From Alphaproteobacteria bacterium (GTDB lineage Bacteria > Pseudomonadota > Alphaproteobacteria > Reyranellales > Reyranellaceae), in NCBI GenBank assembly GCA_017307275.1, contig JAFKFK010000026.1, positions 6,134 through 70,133 on the forward strand: a DNA stretch of 64,000 bases, read 5' to 3'. Shown piece after piece: positions 1-8,262 of the stretch; the stretch's first letter is position 1, and the number at the start of each line of letters is the position of its first letter. Below the pieces are notes generated by a model. That model was given only the letters and a program-made list of their open reading frames with translations, ran no database searches and was not told the origin of the DNA. A program made the translations under genes and the position numbers.

Positions 1-1646
1 ACAAGGGCGAAGGTGGCGTGCTGGCCCTGGCGACGCTGGCGACGCGTGGCCTGGACGGCAAGGCGCGACGGGTCCGGCATGCCGTCATCCTCTTCGCCGT
101 AGTCGGCCTCGCGCTCTTCTATGGCGACGCCATCATCACGCCGGCCATGACCGTGATGAGCGCTGTCGAGGGCCTGTCGGCGATCACGCCGGCCTTCACG
201 CCGCTGGTCGTGCCGCTGTCGCTGGTGATTCTGGTCGCGCTGTTCATGCTGCAGTCCCGCGGCACGGCCGATGTCGGGCGCCTGTTCGGGCCCGTGATGC
301 TTCTGTGGTTCGTGGTGTTGGGCGTTCTGGGCGCCTGGCAGGTGGTGAAGAATCCCGCCGTGCTTGTCGCCATCAATCCGATCTACGCCTTCCATCTCGT
401 GACCGACCAGGGCTTCGGCATCTTCTGGGCATTCGGTTCGATCGTTCTGGCCGTCACCGGCGCCGAGGCGCTGTACGCCGACATGGGCCACTTCGGCCGC
501 AAGCCCATCCGCATCGCCTGGCTGGGGCTCGCCATGCCGGGGCTGGTGCTGAACTATTTCGGCCAGGGCGCGCTGGTCATCGCCGATCCGACCGTCGTGC
601 ATCACGTCTTCTTCGAGCTCGTCCCGCAGGATTACATCATCGGCTTGGTGATCCTCTCGACCCTGGCCGCGGTGATCGCCTCGCAAGCCGTCATCACCGG
701 CGTGTTCTCGCTCACCCGCCAGGCGATCCAGCTCGGCTACCTGCCGCGCATGGAGATCCAGCACACGTCCGAAACGGCGATCGGCCAGATCTACATTCCG
801 CGGGTCAACTGGCTGCTGATGGCGGGCATCGTCGCCCTGGTCGTGGGCTTCGGCTCGTCGGGTGCCCTGTCCGGCGCTTACGGCCTTGCCGTCACCGGCG
901 CCATGCTGGTCGACGCCGCACTCGCCACTGTCGTCGCGATCCTGGTGTGGCGCTGGTCGTGGCCGCTCGCCATCCTCGTCTTCGGCTTCCTCGCCATCCC
1001 CGACGTCGCCTTCTTCATCGCCAATGCGCTCAAGATCCCCGACGGCGGCTGGCTGCCGCTGGTCGTCGCGGCGCTGATCTACTTCACCATCACCACCTGG
1101 CGGCGTGGCCGTCGACTGGTCGCGGCCGAGATGAGCGAAGGCGCTTTGCCGCTGAAGGAATTCCTCGGCCGCATGGAGCGCGCGCCCGACCGCGTGGCTG
1201 GCACCGCCGTCTTCCTGACCGCCGACGCGTCCCATACGCCGGCAGCCTTCCTGCACAATCTCAAGCACAACAAGGTGCTGCACGAGCGCATCATCATCCT
1301 GCAGGTCGACACGATGGACGTGCCGATCGTCGCCGAAGCCAACCGCGTCGAGGTCGAACGGTTGGGCAAGGGCTTCCACACGGTAATTGCCCACTACGGC
1401 TTCACCGAGCAGCCCGACATTCCCGAGGCGTTGCGCGCCTGCCGCCCGCACGGCATCGCCTACGACGAGATGGAAACCTCGTTCTTCCTGGGCCGTGAAA
1501 CGTTGGTGCCGTCGCAGCACTCCAAGCTGGGCAGGTGGCGTCGCGACTGGTTCATTTCGCTCTCGCACTCGGCCTCGGCCACCAAGACCTTCTTCCGCAT
1601 TCCGCCCAACCGCGCTATCGAACTCGGCAACCAGATCCAGATCTAG
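1..1646 (+). CDS. kup: KUP/HAK/KT potassium uptake transporter, 5'-truncated by the window edge
   Basis: Frame is open from base 3 (KGEGGVLAL). Motifs YGDAIITPAMTVMSAVEGL, GAEALYADMGHFG and HNLKHNKVLHE; C-terminus ELGNQIQI. Confidence 0.95.
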   Translation, partial: KGEGGVLALATLATRGLDGKARRVRHAVILFAVVGLALFYGDAIITPAMTVMSAVEGLSAITPAFTPLVVPLSLVILVALFMLQSRGTADVGRLFGPVMLLWFVVLGVLGAWQVVKNPAVLVAINPIYAFHLVTDQGFGIFWAFGSIVLAVTGAEALYADMGHFGRKPIRIAWLGLAMPGLVLNYFGQGALVIADPTVVHHVFFELVPQDYIIGLVILSTLAAVIASQAVITGVFSLTRQAIQLGYLPRMEIQHTSETAIGQIYIPRVNWLLMAGIVALVVGFGSSGALSGAYGLAVTGAMLVDAALATVVAILVWRWSWPLAILVFGFLAIPDVAFFIANALKIPDGGWLPLVVAALIYFTITTWRRGRRLVAAEMSEGALPLKEFLGRMERAPDRVAGTAVFLTADASHTPAAFLHNLKHNKVLHERIIILQVDTMDVPIVAEANRVEVERLGKGFHTVIAHYGFTEQPDIPEALRACRPHGIAYDEMETSFFLGRETLVPSQHSKLGRWRRDWFISLSHSASATKTFFRIPPNRAIELGNQIQI

Positions 1647-1678
1647 GACCATAATCCGGGATCAACGGGGGAGCCGAC

Positions 1679-2377
1679 ATGCCGCGTTCACCGCTCGTCC
1701 TGCTGCCGGGACTGCTCAACACACGGCGCGTCTACGAGCATCAGGTCGAGGCGCTGCAGGACATTGCCGACATCGTCGTTCCCGAGCTGTGGCACGACGA
1801 TACGATCGGCGCCATGGCGGAGACCGCGCTTGCGGCAGCACCGCCTACATTCGCACTGTGCGGCTTCTCGATGGGTGGCTACGTCGCCTTTGAAATCTTT
1901 CGCCGTGCACCGACGCGGGTCGAGCGGATCGCCCTCATCGACACGCAGGCTGCCCCGGACTCGCCCGAGTCTCGAACGCGTCGTCAGGCCTTCATCGAGC
2001 AGACGCGGCTCGGTCGTTTCCACGGCGTGCATCCAACCCTGCTGCCGCAGATCATCCATCCCACACGACTCAAGGACGCCGCAGTCACCCAGCCGATCCT
2101 CGACATGGCTAAGGAAATTGGCGGCGACGGTTTCGTACGTCAGCAGCAGGCCATCCTGGGCCGCGCCGACAGCCGGCCGCTGCTGGTCGAGATCGAGGTG
2201 CCGGCGGTGGTGATAGTCGGCCGTCAGGATATGGCAACGCCCTTGCCGCGCTCCCAGCAGATGGCGACGGACATCGCCAACGCCCAGCTTGTGATTCTCG
2301 AAGAATGCGGGCACGTCTCGCCCCTGGAACGGCCGGCCGAAGTATCGGCGGCCCTGAGGAGATGGTTGACGCAATGA
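1679..2377 (+). CDS. Alpha/beta fold hydrolase
   Basis: Nucleophile elbow GFSMGG and C-terminal GHVSPLE. Confidence 0.9.
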   Translation: MPRSPLVLLPGLLNTRRVYEHQVEALQDIADIVVPELWHDDTIGAMAETALAAAPPTFALCGFSMGGYVAFEIFRRAPTRVERIALIDTQAAPDSPESRTRRQAFIEQTRLGRFHGVHPTLLPQIIHPTRLKDAAVTQPILDMAKEIGGDGFVRQQQAILGRADSRPLLVEIEVPAVVIVGRQDMATPLPRSQQMATDIANAQLVILEECGHVSPLERPAEVSAALRRWLTQ

Positions 2378-2775
2378 ACACGATCTACGCCCGCGAGGAC
2401 TATCTCGGCGCCGACGAATACATCGACGTCGTCAACAAGTCGGGCCTCAATCGGCCGGTCGGCGATCGCGGCCGCATCGAGCGCATGCTGGCGCACGCCA
2501 ACCTGATCCTCACCGCGCGTCAGGACGGCAAGCTCGTGGGTTTCGCCCGCTCCCTCACCGACTTCTGCTTCTGCTGCTATCTCTCCGACCTCGCCGTCGA
2601 CAAGGCCTGCCAGGGCCAGGGGATCGGCCGCCGACTGATCGAAGAGACGCGCACGGCGGCGGGTGGCGCCAACACGACGACGTTGCTGCTCTCCGCGCCA
2701 GGGGCGATGACCTACTACGAAGGCATCAAGATGCCGAAGGCCGACAACTGCTTCCTCTATCGCCGCGAGCGGTGA
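2374..2775 (+). CDS. GNAT family N-acetyltransferase
   Basis: ATG at 2374 overlaps the upstream TGA (ATGA). Motif YLSDLAVDKACQGQGIGRRLI. Confidence 0.9.
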   Translation: MNTIYAREDYLGADEYIDVVNKSGLNRPVGDRGRIERMLAHANLILTARQDGKLVGFARSLTDFCFCCYLSDLAVDKACQGQGIGRRLIEETRTAAGGANTTTLLLSAPGAMTYYEGIKMPKADNCFLYRRER

Positions 2776-2886
2776 CCGAAAAAGCATGACTGGAGGGCGC
2801 CGGCCATGCTCTGGCGCTCGGCCTGTTTTCCGTGCAGGGTCGTTGCTGCAAGACCCAACTACAGTTGCCCAGGAGCAAGAGCTTCC

Positions 2887-3384
2887 ATGCGTACCCGTCT
2901 CGTCAGCCTCTTCTCACTCGTTGCAGCCATCGGCCTGACCGCCGGCGCTGCACAGGCCGCCGACAAGTTCGAATGCCCGGCCGTCGGCGGACAAGATGCA
3001 CCGAAGCTCTCGGCCGATCTGGCAAAGAACCTGCCGGCCGGCGGAGCGCTCGACAAACTGGACGCGCTTCAGAATGCCGTCGACCTGCTTCAGACCAACG
3101 GCGTTCGGGCGTCAGACACCGTGAACTATCTGATGGCCAGCTACTGTCCCTGGCTTGCCGGCAACAGCCAGCTCTCGGCTGCCGACAAGACGAAACAGAT
3201 GCGCCGCTTCGCCAACCGGGTAACGGGCCTCGTCTATTCGAGCCAGAGCGCCGAAGAGATCATCTTCAGCGTGCCGCTCAATCCGCGGGAGGCGGCCGAT
3301 CTGGAAGCCCGCGCCCGCGAAGCGAAGATGACGCCAGGCGATTGGATCGCCAAGTCGCTCCGGTCGACGCTGAAGACTCCGTGA
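2887..3384 (+). CDS. Exported hypothetical protein with two Cys and a C-terminal ribbon-helix-helix-like segment
   Basis: Signal peptide ending AQA-A; FECP and SYCP; GGAG-like SD upstream. Confidence 0.7.
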   Translation: MRTRLVSLFSLVAAIGLTAGAAQAADKFECPAVGGQDAPKLSADLAKNLPAGGALDKLDALQNAVDLLQTNGVRASDTVNYLMASYCPWLAGNSQLSAADKTKQMRRFANRVTGLVYSSQSAEEIIFSVPLNPREAADLEARAREAKMTPGDWIAKSLRSTLKTP

Positions 3385-3422
3385 TCTTGGCGGCGGGCAG
3401 CAGCTCGCCGGCAATCTCGGGA

Positions 3423-4373
3423 TCAGATCAGAAACACAGCCACGCCAAGTGCGGCAGCCACGACCAAGGCTGCCGTGACCTGCCAGGAGCGTAGCCGGAA
3501 GAATGCCGGCCGGCTGCGCCCGATCTCCTGCTGGATTCGTTTCCAGACCTCGCGCGAGGCGAAGGGTTGCTCGGGCAGAAATTCCGTCAGCATTGCCAGT
3601 TGCGCTTCCCAGCGGTCGGCAGCGTGGCAGAACCGGGCATCGCGTTCGCGCCGCCGTTCAAAGCCGCGCCGCGCCGTACCCTGCAGACTGCCGATGGCAT
3701 AGTCCGCCGCCACGAGCGCTCGCCTATCCGCGAGAACTTCCTTGAGAAGGCATTTGCTCATCTGCGCCAGGCCACGCCTGACCCAGCTCTTGGCCGTCCC
3801 GAGCTGGATGCCCAATCGCTCTGCGAGTTCCAGGTGCGTCAGCCCTTCGAAGTAGACCAGCGCGACGGAACGACGGTGATTTGCCGGTAGGTTGCCCAGG
3901 CACGCGTTCACGCGGCGCGCCTCGTCGCTGCGGATGGTCAGCATGAGGGGATCGGGCGCATCGGACACCATTGTCTCGACGTCGATCTCGGCACGACCGA
4001 CATCGCGACGCCCCATGCGCAGGCGTGCCGACAGCGCGCGGTTGCGCACGATCCGCACCAACCAGGCATAGGCCGGTCCCTTGGCGGGATCGTACTGATA
4101 GGCCGCACGCCAGATGCGCAGGAAGGACTCCTGCAGGACGTCTTCGGCGAGGTCGTCGCGTTGCACGATGCGCCGCGCAATAGCGAACAGGCGCGGGGTC
4201 ACGAGTTCATAGAGCCGCGCGAAGGCTCGGTCATCGCCGACCGCGGTTTCGGCCAACAGCCGCGCCAGCGGATCGAACGACGAGGGCGCCGGATTGGGAG
4301 GATCGAGCGCCAGGAGCGAAGGCGGCATCGGTGCCGGCCGCGAAGCGTCGTGAAGCCTGAGAATCTCGACCAT
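3423..4373 (-). CDS. ECF sigma-70 factor (SigK-like) fused to an RskA-like anti-sigma domain and a C-terminal TM helix
   Basis: Region 2 (AEDVLQESFLRIW, AWLVRIVRNRAL) and region 4 (LVYFEGLTHLELAERLGIQLGTAKSWVRRGL), then AADYAIGSL...W...VWKRIQ, then hydrophobic VTAALVVAAALGVAVFLI-stop. Strong SD GAGGAGGT upstream of ATG 4373. Confidence 0.85.
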   Translation of the reverse strand: MVEILRLHDASRPAPMPPSLLALDPPNPAPSSFDPLARLLAETAVGDDRAFARLYELVTPRLFAIARRIVQRDDLAEDVLQESFLRIWRAAYQYDPAKGPAYAWLVRIVRNRALSARLRMGRRDVGRAEIDVETMVSDAPDPLMLTIRSDEARRVNACLGNLPANHRRSVALVYFEGLTHLELAERLGIQLGTAKSWVRRGLAQMSKCLLKEVLADRRALVAADYAIGSLQGTARRGFERRRERDARFCHAADRWEAQLAMLTEFLPEQPFASREVWKRIQQEIGRSRPAFFRLRSWQVTAALVVAAALGVAVFLI

Positions 4374-4398
4374 ATCGAAAGACCTCCTCGGGCCAACT

Positions 4399-4423
4399 AC
4401 CCCGCCGCCGCGCCGTTGGATGC
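4399..4423 (-). promoter_or_regulatory. Candidate ECF-type promoter for the sigma gene (GCATCCAA-N12-GGGGTAG)
   Basis: Motif matches the + strand copy at 4446-4471 and lies just upstream of the SD. Confidence 0.5.
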
Positions 4424-4445
4424 AGATCCCGCCAAATAAAAACCG

Positions 4446-4471
4446 GCATCCAAGTCCGGGGGTGCCGGGGT
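4446..4471 (+). promoter_or_regulatory. Candidate ECF-type promoter for the ferritin-like/cytochrome c operon (GCATCCAA-N13-GGGGT)
   Basis: Second copy of the same bipartite motif, facing the opposite way. Confidence 0.5.
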
Positions 4472-4522
4472 TCTGCTGAGTACGAACGACATCCTGCCGT
4501 TCGCCGAACCAAGGAGCTCCCC

Positions 4523-5110
4523 ATGTCCTCGACCACCCCACAGGCAAGCACGACGACCGACGCGCGGCGCAGCTTCCTGTCCGGCTTTGGCAAATTCACG
4601 CTTTCGGCAACGGCGGTTGCCCTTCTCGCGGGCCGCGACCGGCTGGCGCTGGTCGGATCTGCCGAGGCCAAGACCGCCGGCAACGATGTGACGATCCTCA
4701 ACGCCGCGCTGGCGGCCGAGCAGGAAGCGATTGCGGCTTATCAGGTCGGCGCCACCAGCGGCCTGCTCCAGAAGCCGGTCCTCGACCTCGCTGTCCAGTT
4801 CCAGGGCCACCACAAGGAACACGCGACGGCCCTGGCAACGACCGTGAAGAAGCTCGGCGGCACGCCGGTCGCGGCGAAGGCCAAGTACACCTTCCCCGTC
4901 GAGAAGCTGAAGACCCAGGCCGACGTACTGGGCTTCGCTGCCGAACTCGAGCGTGGCGCCGTCAGCGCCTATCTCGGGGCCATTCCCATTCTCGACGATC
5001 GCGAGCTCGCGAAAGTGGCGGCCTCCATCCTGGGCGACGAGGCCATGCACTGGGCCGTGCTGCGACAGGCGCTGGGCCAGCCGCCGGTGCCCTCGGCTTT
5101 CGTGTCCTGA
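4523..5110 (+). CDS. Ferritin-like domain protein with a Tat signal
   Basis: Twin-arginine RRSFL; helical bundle with E...HHKEH...ELE...DEAMH metal-ligand pattern; SD AAGGAG. Confidence 0.85.
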   Translation: MSSTTPQASTTTDARRSFLSGFGKFTLSATAVALLAGRDRLALVGSAEAKTAGNDVTILNAALAAEQEAIAAYQVGATSGLLQKPVLDLAVQFQGHHKEHATALATTVKKLGGTPVAAKAKYTFPVEKLKTQADVLGFAAELERGAVSAYLGAIPILDDRELAKVAASILGDEAMHWAVLRQALGQPPVPSAFVS

Positions 5111-5135
5111 ACGACGCCCAGTCGCGAGCATCGAC

Positions 5136-5534
5136 ATGAAACTCCCGTTCGCTCTCTTCATCGGCCTCACGCTCGGGGCCTCCCTGTGTCAGGCAGCGGA
5201 CGGCGATGCCGGGAAAGGCGCGCAGATCTACCAGCGATGCCTGGCGTGCCATTCCCTGGAACACAATCGGAGCGGGCCGCGCCATTGCGGCCTGTTCGGC
5301 CGGCCCGCCGCCGCGGTGCCCGACTTCACCTATTCGCAGGCCCTGAAGTCGGCCGGACTCACCTGGGACGCGGCCACTCTCGACCGCTTCCTGGAAAATC
5401 CTCTCAAAGCCGTCCCCGGCACCAAGATGGCCTATGCCGGTATCAAGAACGGACAGGAACGCGCCGACCTAATCGCCTATCTCAAGCAGGCGACGCACGA
5501 CCCGGCCAAATGCCCGCAAGGATCATCCCACTAG
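5136..5534 (+). CDS. Class I cytochrome c (c2-like)
   Basis: Signal peptide, CLACH heme motif, GP.HCGLFGR, PGTKM axial Met. Confidence 0.92.
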   Translation: MKLPFALFIGLTLGASLCQAADGDAGKGAQIYQRCLACHSLEHNRSGPRHCGLFGRPAAAVPDFTYSQALKSAGLTWDAATLDRFLENPLKAVPGTKMAYAGIKNGQERADLIAYLKQATHDPAKCPQGSSH

Positions 5535-6212
5535 GATGCTGCCTTCCGTGATGATCATGTCCATCGCGATGTCGTGGGGCTGCGGGTAGATGGTCGGAAG
5601 GATCAGCTTCTCGTAGCCCACGCCAAGGATTTGCGGCCGCCGCGGCAGGGCTGCCAAAGTACGATCGTAAAAGCCGCCGCCATTGCCGAGGCGATAGCAG
5701 GCGCGGTCGAAACCAACGACAGGGGCGATGACGATATCCGGTGTCGCCTCCTGCCGTGCGACCGGAACCGGGATGCTCCAGACGCCGGGTTCGAGTTCGT
5801 CTCCCCGCCGCCAGACGCGGAACGCAAGAGGCGCCCGAGGCTCGACGACGACCGGCAGCACGCCCACAGCCCCGCGATCCCCCAGACCTTCCATCCAGGA
5901 TCGCAGGTCGGGCTCGCCCCGGAACGGCCAGTAGACGCCGATGATCCTGCCGGAGATGTCACCCAGCACGCCGTCGAGCGCCTCGACGATCTTCGCCGAA
6001 TGTCGACGCCGTTCCTCGGCAGGGATTGCCACGCGCAACGCAATCAGCCGTTCGCGCTCGGCCTTCCGCCACCGTTTGAGGTCGAGCTGTTGGCGAAGGT
6101 CGGCTTCCGGCACCACGCGGCCCGACACGGGATCGACGAGATGCATCATGCAGGGCGGCGAGCTGTAGAACTCCGGCACGTCGTCTCTGTCGTTGTCGTT
6201 CGCCGAGTTCAT
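5523..6212 (-). CDS. 5-formyltetrahydrofolate cyclo-ligase family protein with an N-terminal extension
   Basis: YWPFRGEPD, PLAFRVW, PDIVIAPVVGFDRACYRLGNGGGFYDRTLA and PQPHDIAMD; ATG overlaps the upstream stop. Confidence 0.9.
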   Translation of the reverse strand: MNSANDNDRDDVPEFYSSPPCMMHLVDPVSGRVVPEADLRQQLDLKRWRKAERERLIALRVAIPAEERRRHSAKIVEALDGVLGDISGRIIGVYWPFRGEPDLRSWMEGLGDRGAVGVLPVVVEPRAPLAFRVWRRGDELEPGVWSIPVPVARQEATPDIVIAPVVGFDRACYRLGNGGGFYDRTLAALPRRPQILGVGYEKLILPTIYPQPHDIAMDMIITEGSILVG

Positions 6213-6649
6213 GCGAGCGCACTGTTCGTCAGGTTGATGTTGGCGACATGCGAGGAGAGCATGTGGCTGAGGTCGGAGAAGAGCGCGTCGTCTCTTACCC
6301 GCGGCGTCACCTCGCGCAGTTTGCGGACGACCCACCCCTGACCGCGATTGAGGAACGCAAGGCGCTCCTTCAGATCCTCGATGGCCATCGCCTTGGCATG
6401 GAACGCCCCCATGCGCGGCGAGGCGGTACCACCGAGAACGCGGATCTGCCGCAACAGCATCGCGCACCATCGGGCCTCGTCGTCCTGAATGGCCTTCAGC
6501 AACCCGACTGTCGCGGGATCGCTCGCATCGCGCGCGCTTTCGAGCGCGACACGCGCGCCGGCGCGCTCGGCTTCGAGCAGTTCGTTCAGGAAATCAATCA
6601 GCTCGTCCCGGCTGATCGGCCCGGTTGGCGCAAGGGTCTGGTCCGTCAT
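6209..6649 (-). CDS. Ferritin-like protein, DUF6306-like
   Basis: LNELLEAERAGA...DDEARWC...AFLNRGQGWVVRKL...SH..NI pattern, recalled from DUF6306. Confidence 0.7.
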   Translation of the reverse strand: MTDQTLAPTGPISRDELIDFLNELLEAERAGARVALESARDASDPATVGLLKAIQDDEARWCAMLLRQIRVLGGTASPRMGAFHAKAMAIEDLKERLAFLNRGQGWVVRKLREVTPRVRDDALFSDLSHMLSSHVANINLTNSALA

Positions 6650-6716
6650 CGTTACTCCTAGGCCCGCATTGTAGGAGCCCTGATTCCATCTGGAAAACGA
6701 AGAAAAATGGCAAATG

Positions 6717-6735
6717 ATATCGAAATACTCGATAT
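6717..6735. promoter_or_regulatory. LysR-type recognition site (T-N11-A within a palindrome)
   Basis: ATATCGA-AATAC-TCGATAT inverted repeat in an AT-rich spacer between the LysR gene and its divergent operon. Confidence 0.75.
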
Positions 6736-6756
6736 TAAGCCGAAACGAGGTTCCCC

Positions 6757-7623
6757 TTGGACACTGAACTTGCACGCACCTTCCTGGCCGTCGTCGCCAC
6801 CGGCAGCTTCGTCAACGCCGGTGAGCGGCTGCATGTGACGCAATCCACGGTCAGCACGCGGATCCACACGCTGGAGACGGCCCTGGGATGCCGCATGTTC
6901 GTCCGCAACAAGGGCGGCACGACGCTGACCCCGGCGGGCAAGCATTTCCAGAAGCATGCCTCCACGCTCGTCCGGACGGTCGAGCAGGCGCGCCACGATG
7001 TCGGCGTCGCCCGCGGCTTTCGCGCCGCCGTCACGGTCGGGGCGCGGCTGGGCCTGTGGGAGCAATTCCTGATCAAGCAATTGCCTTCGCTGCTGGAAAG
7101 AGCCGCCGACATTTCCGTGCGCGCCGAGATCGGTCTCGAGAGCGACTTGATGGAAGGCCTCGTCGAGGGGCGGCTGGACATCGCCATCATGTACACGCCC
7201 GAAAGCCGGCCCGGCCTGAACGTGGAGTTCCTATTCGACGACAGGCTCGTCCTGGTCTCCACCAAAGCGCAGCGGCGACCGGTCCTCGACTCCAGCTACG
7301 TCTACATCGATTGGGGACCGGAGTTCTTCGCTCGCCACGGCGCGAGCTTTCCCGAGTTCTTCGGCGCTGCGCTCTCTGCCAATATCGGCTGGTTGGGCTT
7401 GCAGCATGTGCTCGAAAATGGCGGCTCGGGATACTTTCCCATCCGCCTCGTGCGCCCGCATCTGCAGAGCCGGAAACTAACGATCGTTCCCGGCGGACCG
7501 GAATTCTCGATCTCGGCCTATGTCGTCTATCCTACCGACGCCGACATAGGCGTCATCGGTCCAGCGCTCGACCTCATCCGCGACGCGGCGGCGCTGGAGA
7601 GAAAGCCCGACGACCCTGCTTGA
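6757..7623 (+). CDS. LysR family transcriptional regulator (HdfR-like N-terminus)
   Basis: TTG start; MDTELARTFL...LHVTQSTVSTRIHTLE helix-turn-helix. Confidence 0.92.
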   Translation: MDTELARTFLAVVATGSFVNAGERLHVTQSTVSTRIHTLETALGCRMFVRNKGGTTLTPAGKHFQKHASTLVRTVEQARHDVGVARGFRAAVTVGARLGLWEQFLIKQLPSLLERAADISVRAEIGLESDLMEGLVEGRLDIAIMYTPESRPGLNVEFLFDDRLVLVSTKAQRRPVLDSSYVYIDWGPEFFARHGASFPEFFGAALSANIGWLGLQHVLENGGSGYFPIRLVRPHLQSRKLTIVPGGPEFSISAYVVYPTDADIGVIGPALDLIRDAAALERKPDDPA

Positions 7624-7628
7624 GGACT

Positions 7629-8096
7629 TCAGCCGCCGCGCTGCGCCGCCAGGGCCTTCTGCAGCTCGTTGTCGAAGCCGCTCAGCGTCTGCTGGAACGG
7701 GCCTGCCATCGTATTCTGCAGTTGGATCTGGACCTGGATTTGAGATCCGGAACGCATCTCCCCGAGAAGCTGCGCTGACTTGCCGTCATTGTACTGGCAG
7801 ATCCCCTGACCGCAGATGCTGGTCGAGATGAAGGGATTGGAATCGACCTGAATGCTGGCCTGTACGCCCTGGCCATCGCCGACCACGGAGAACTTCCGAT
7901 AGGCCGCCGAATAGCGCACGACGAGGAACTGGCCGAGCAGGCTGTTACCGTCGATCGTGGCCTGCACGCCGCAATCCCGGCCACCTTCCTGGCTGCAATA
8001 CATCACCCATTTGTTGGGCGGTTGGTCCTGCCCGAAGGCGCCGCTCGCCGCGACCGTCGCCAGAAAACCCAAACCGCCGGCAATGAATCGCTTCAT
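7629..8096 (-). CDS. Exported hypothetical protein, IalB-like
   Basis: Signal peptide; W...C...C and later CxxxxC; LLGEMRSG and TLSGFD resemble invasion-associated locus B proteins. Confidence 0.55.
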   Translation of the reverse strand: MKRFIAGGLGFLATVAASGAFGQDQPPNKWVMYCSQEGGRDCGVQATIDGNSLLGQFLVVRYSAAYRKFSVVGDGQGVQASIQVDSNPFISTSICGQGICQYNDGKSAQLLGEMRSGSQIQVQIQLQNTMAGPFQQTLSGFDNELQKALAAQRGG

Positions 8097-8262
8097 AGGT
8101 CTCCCATCTCCCTCGCCTTTACGGAACAACACTTATCAGCTTGCCGTTGGTTCGCCCACTGCCTCGCGAGCCCCGGTGATCGACAACCTGCGACGCGTTG
8201 CCAAGTCACTCGCCAAGCCTCTAAGTAGCCCCGTCCATTGTTCGACGAAGGAACGTCCCCGC

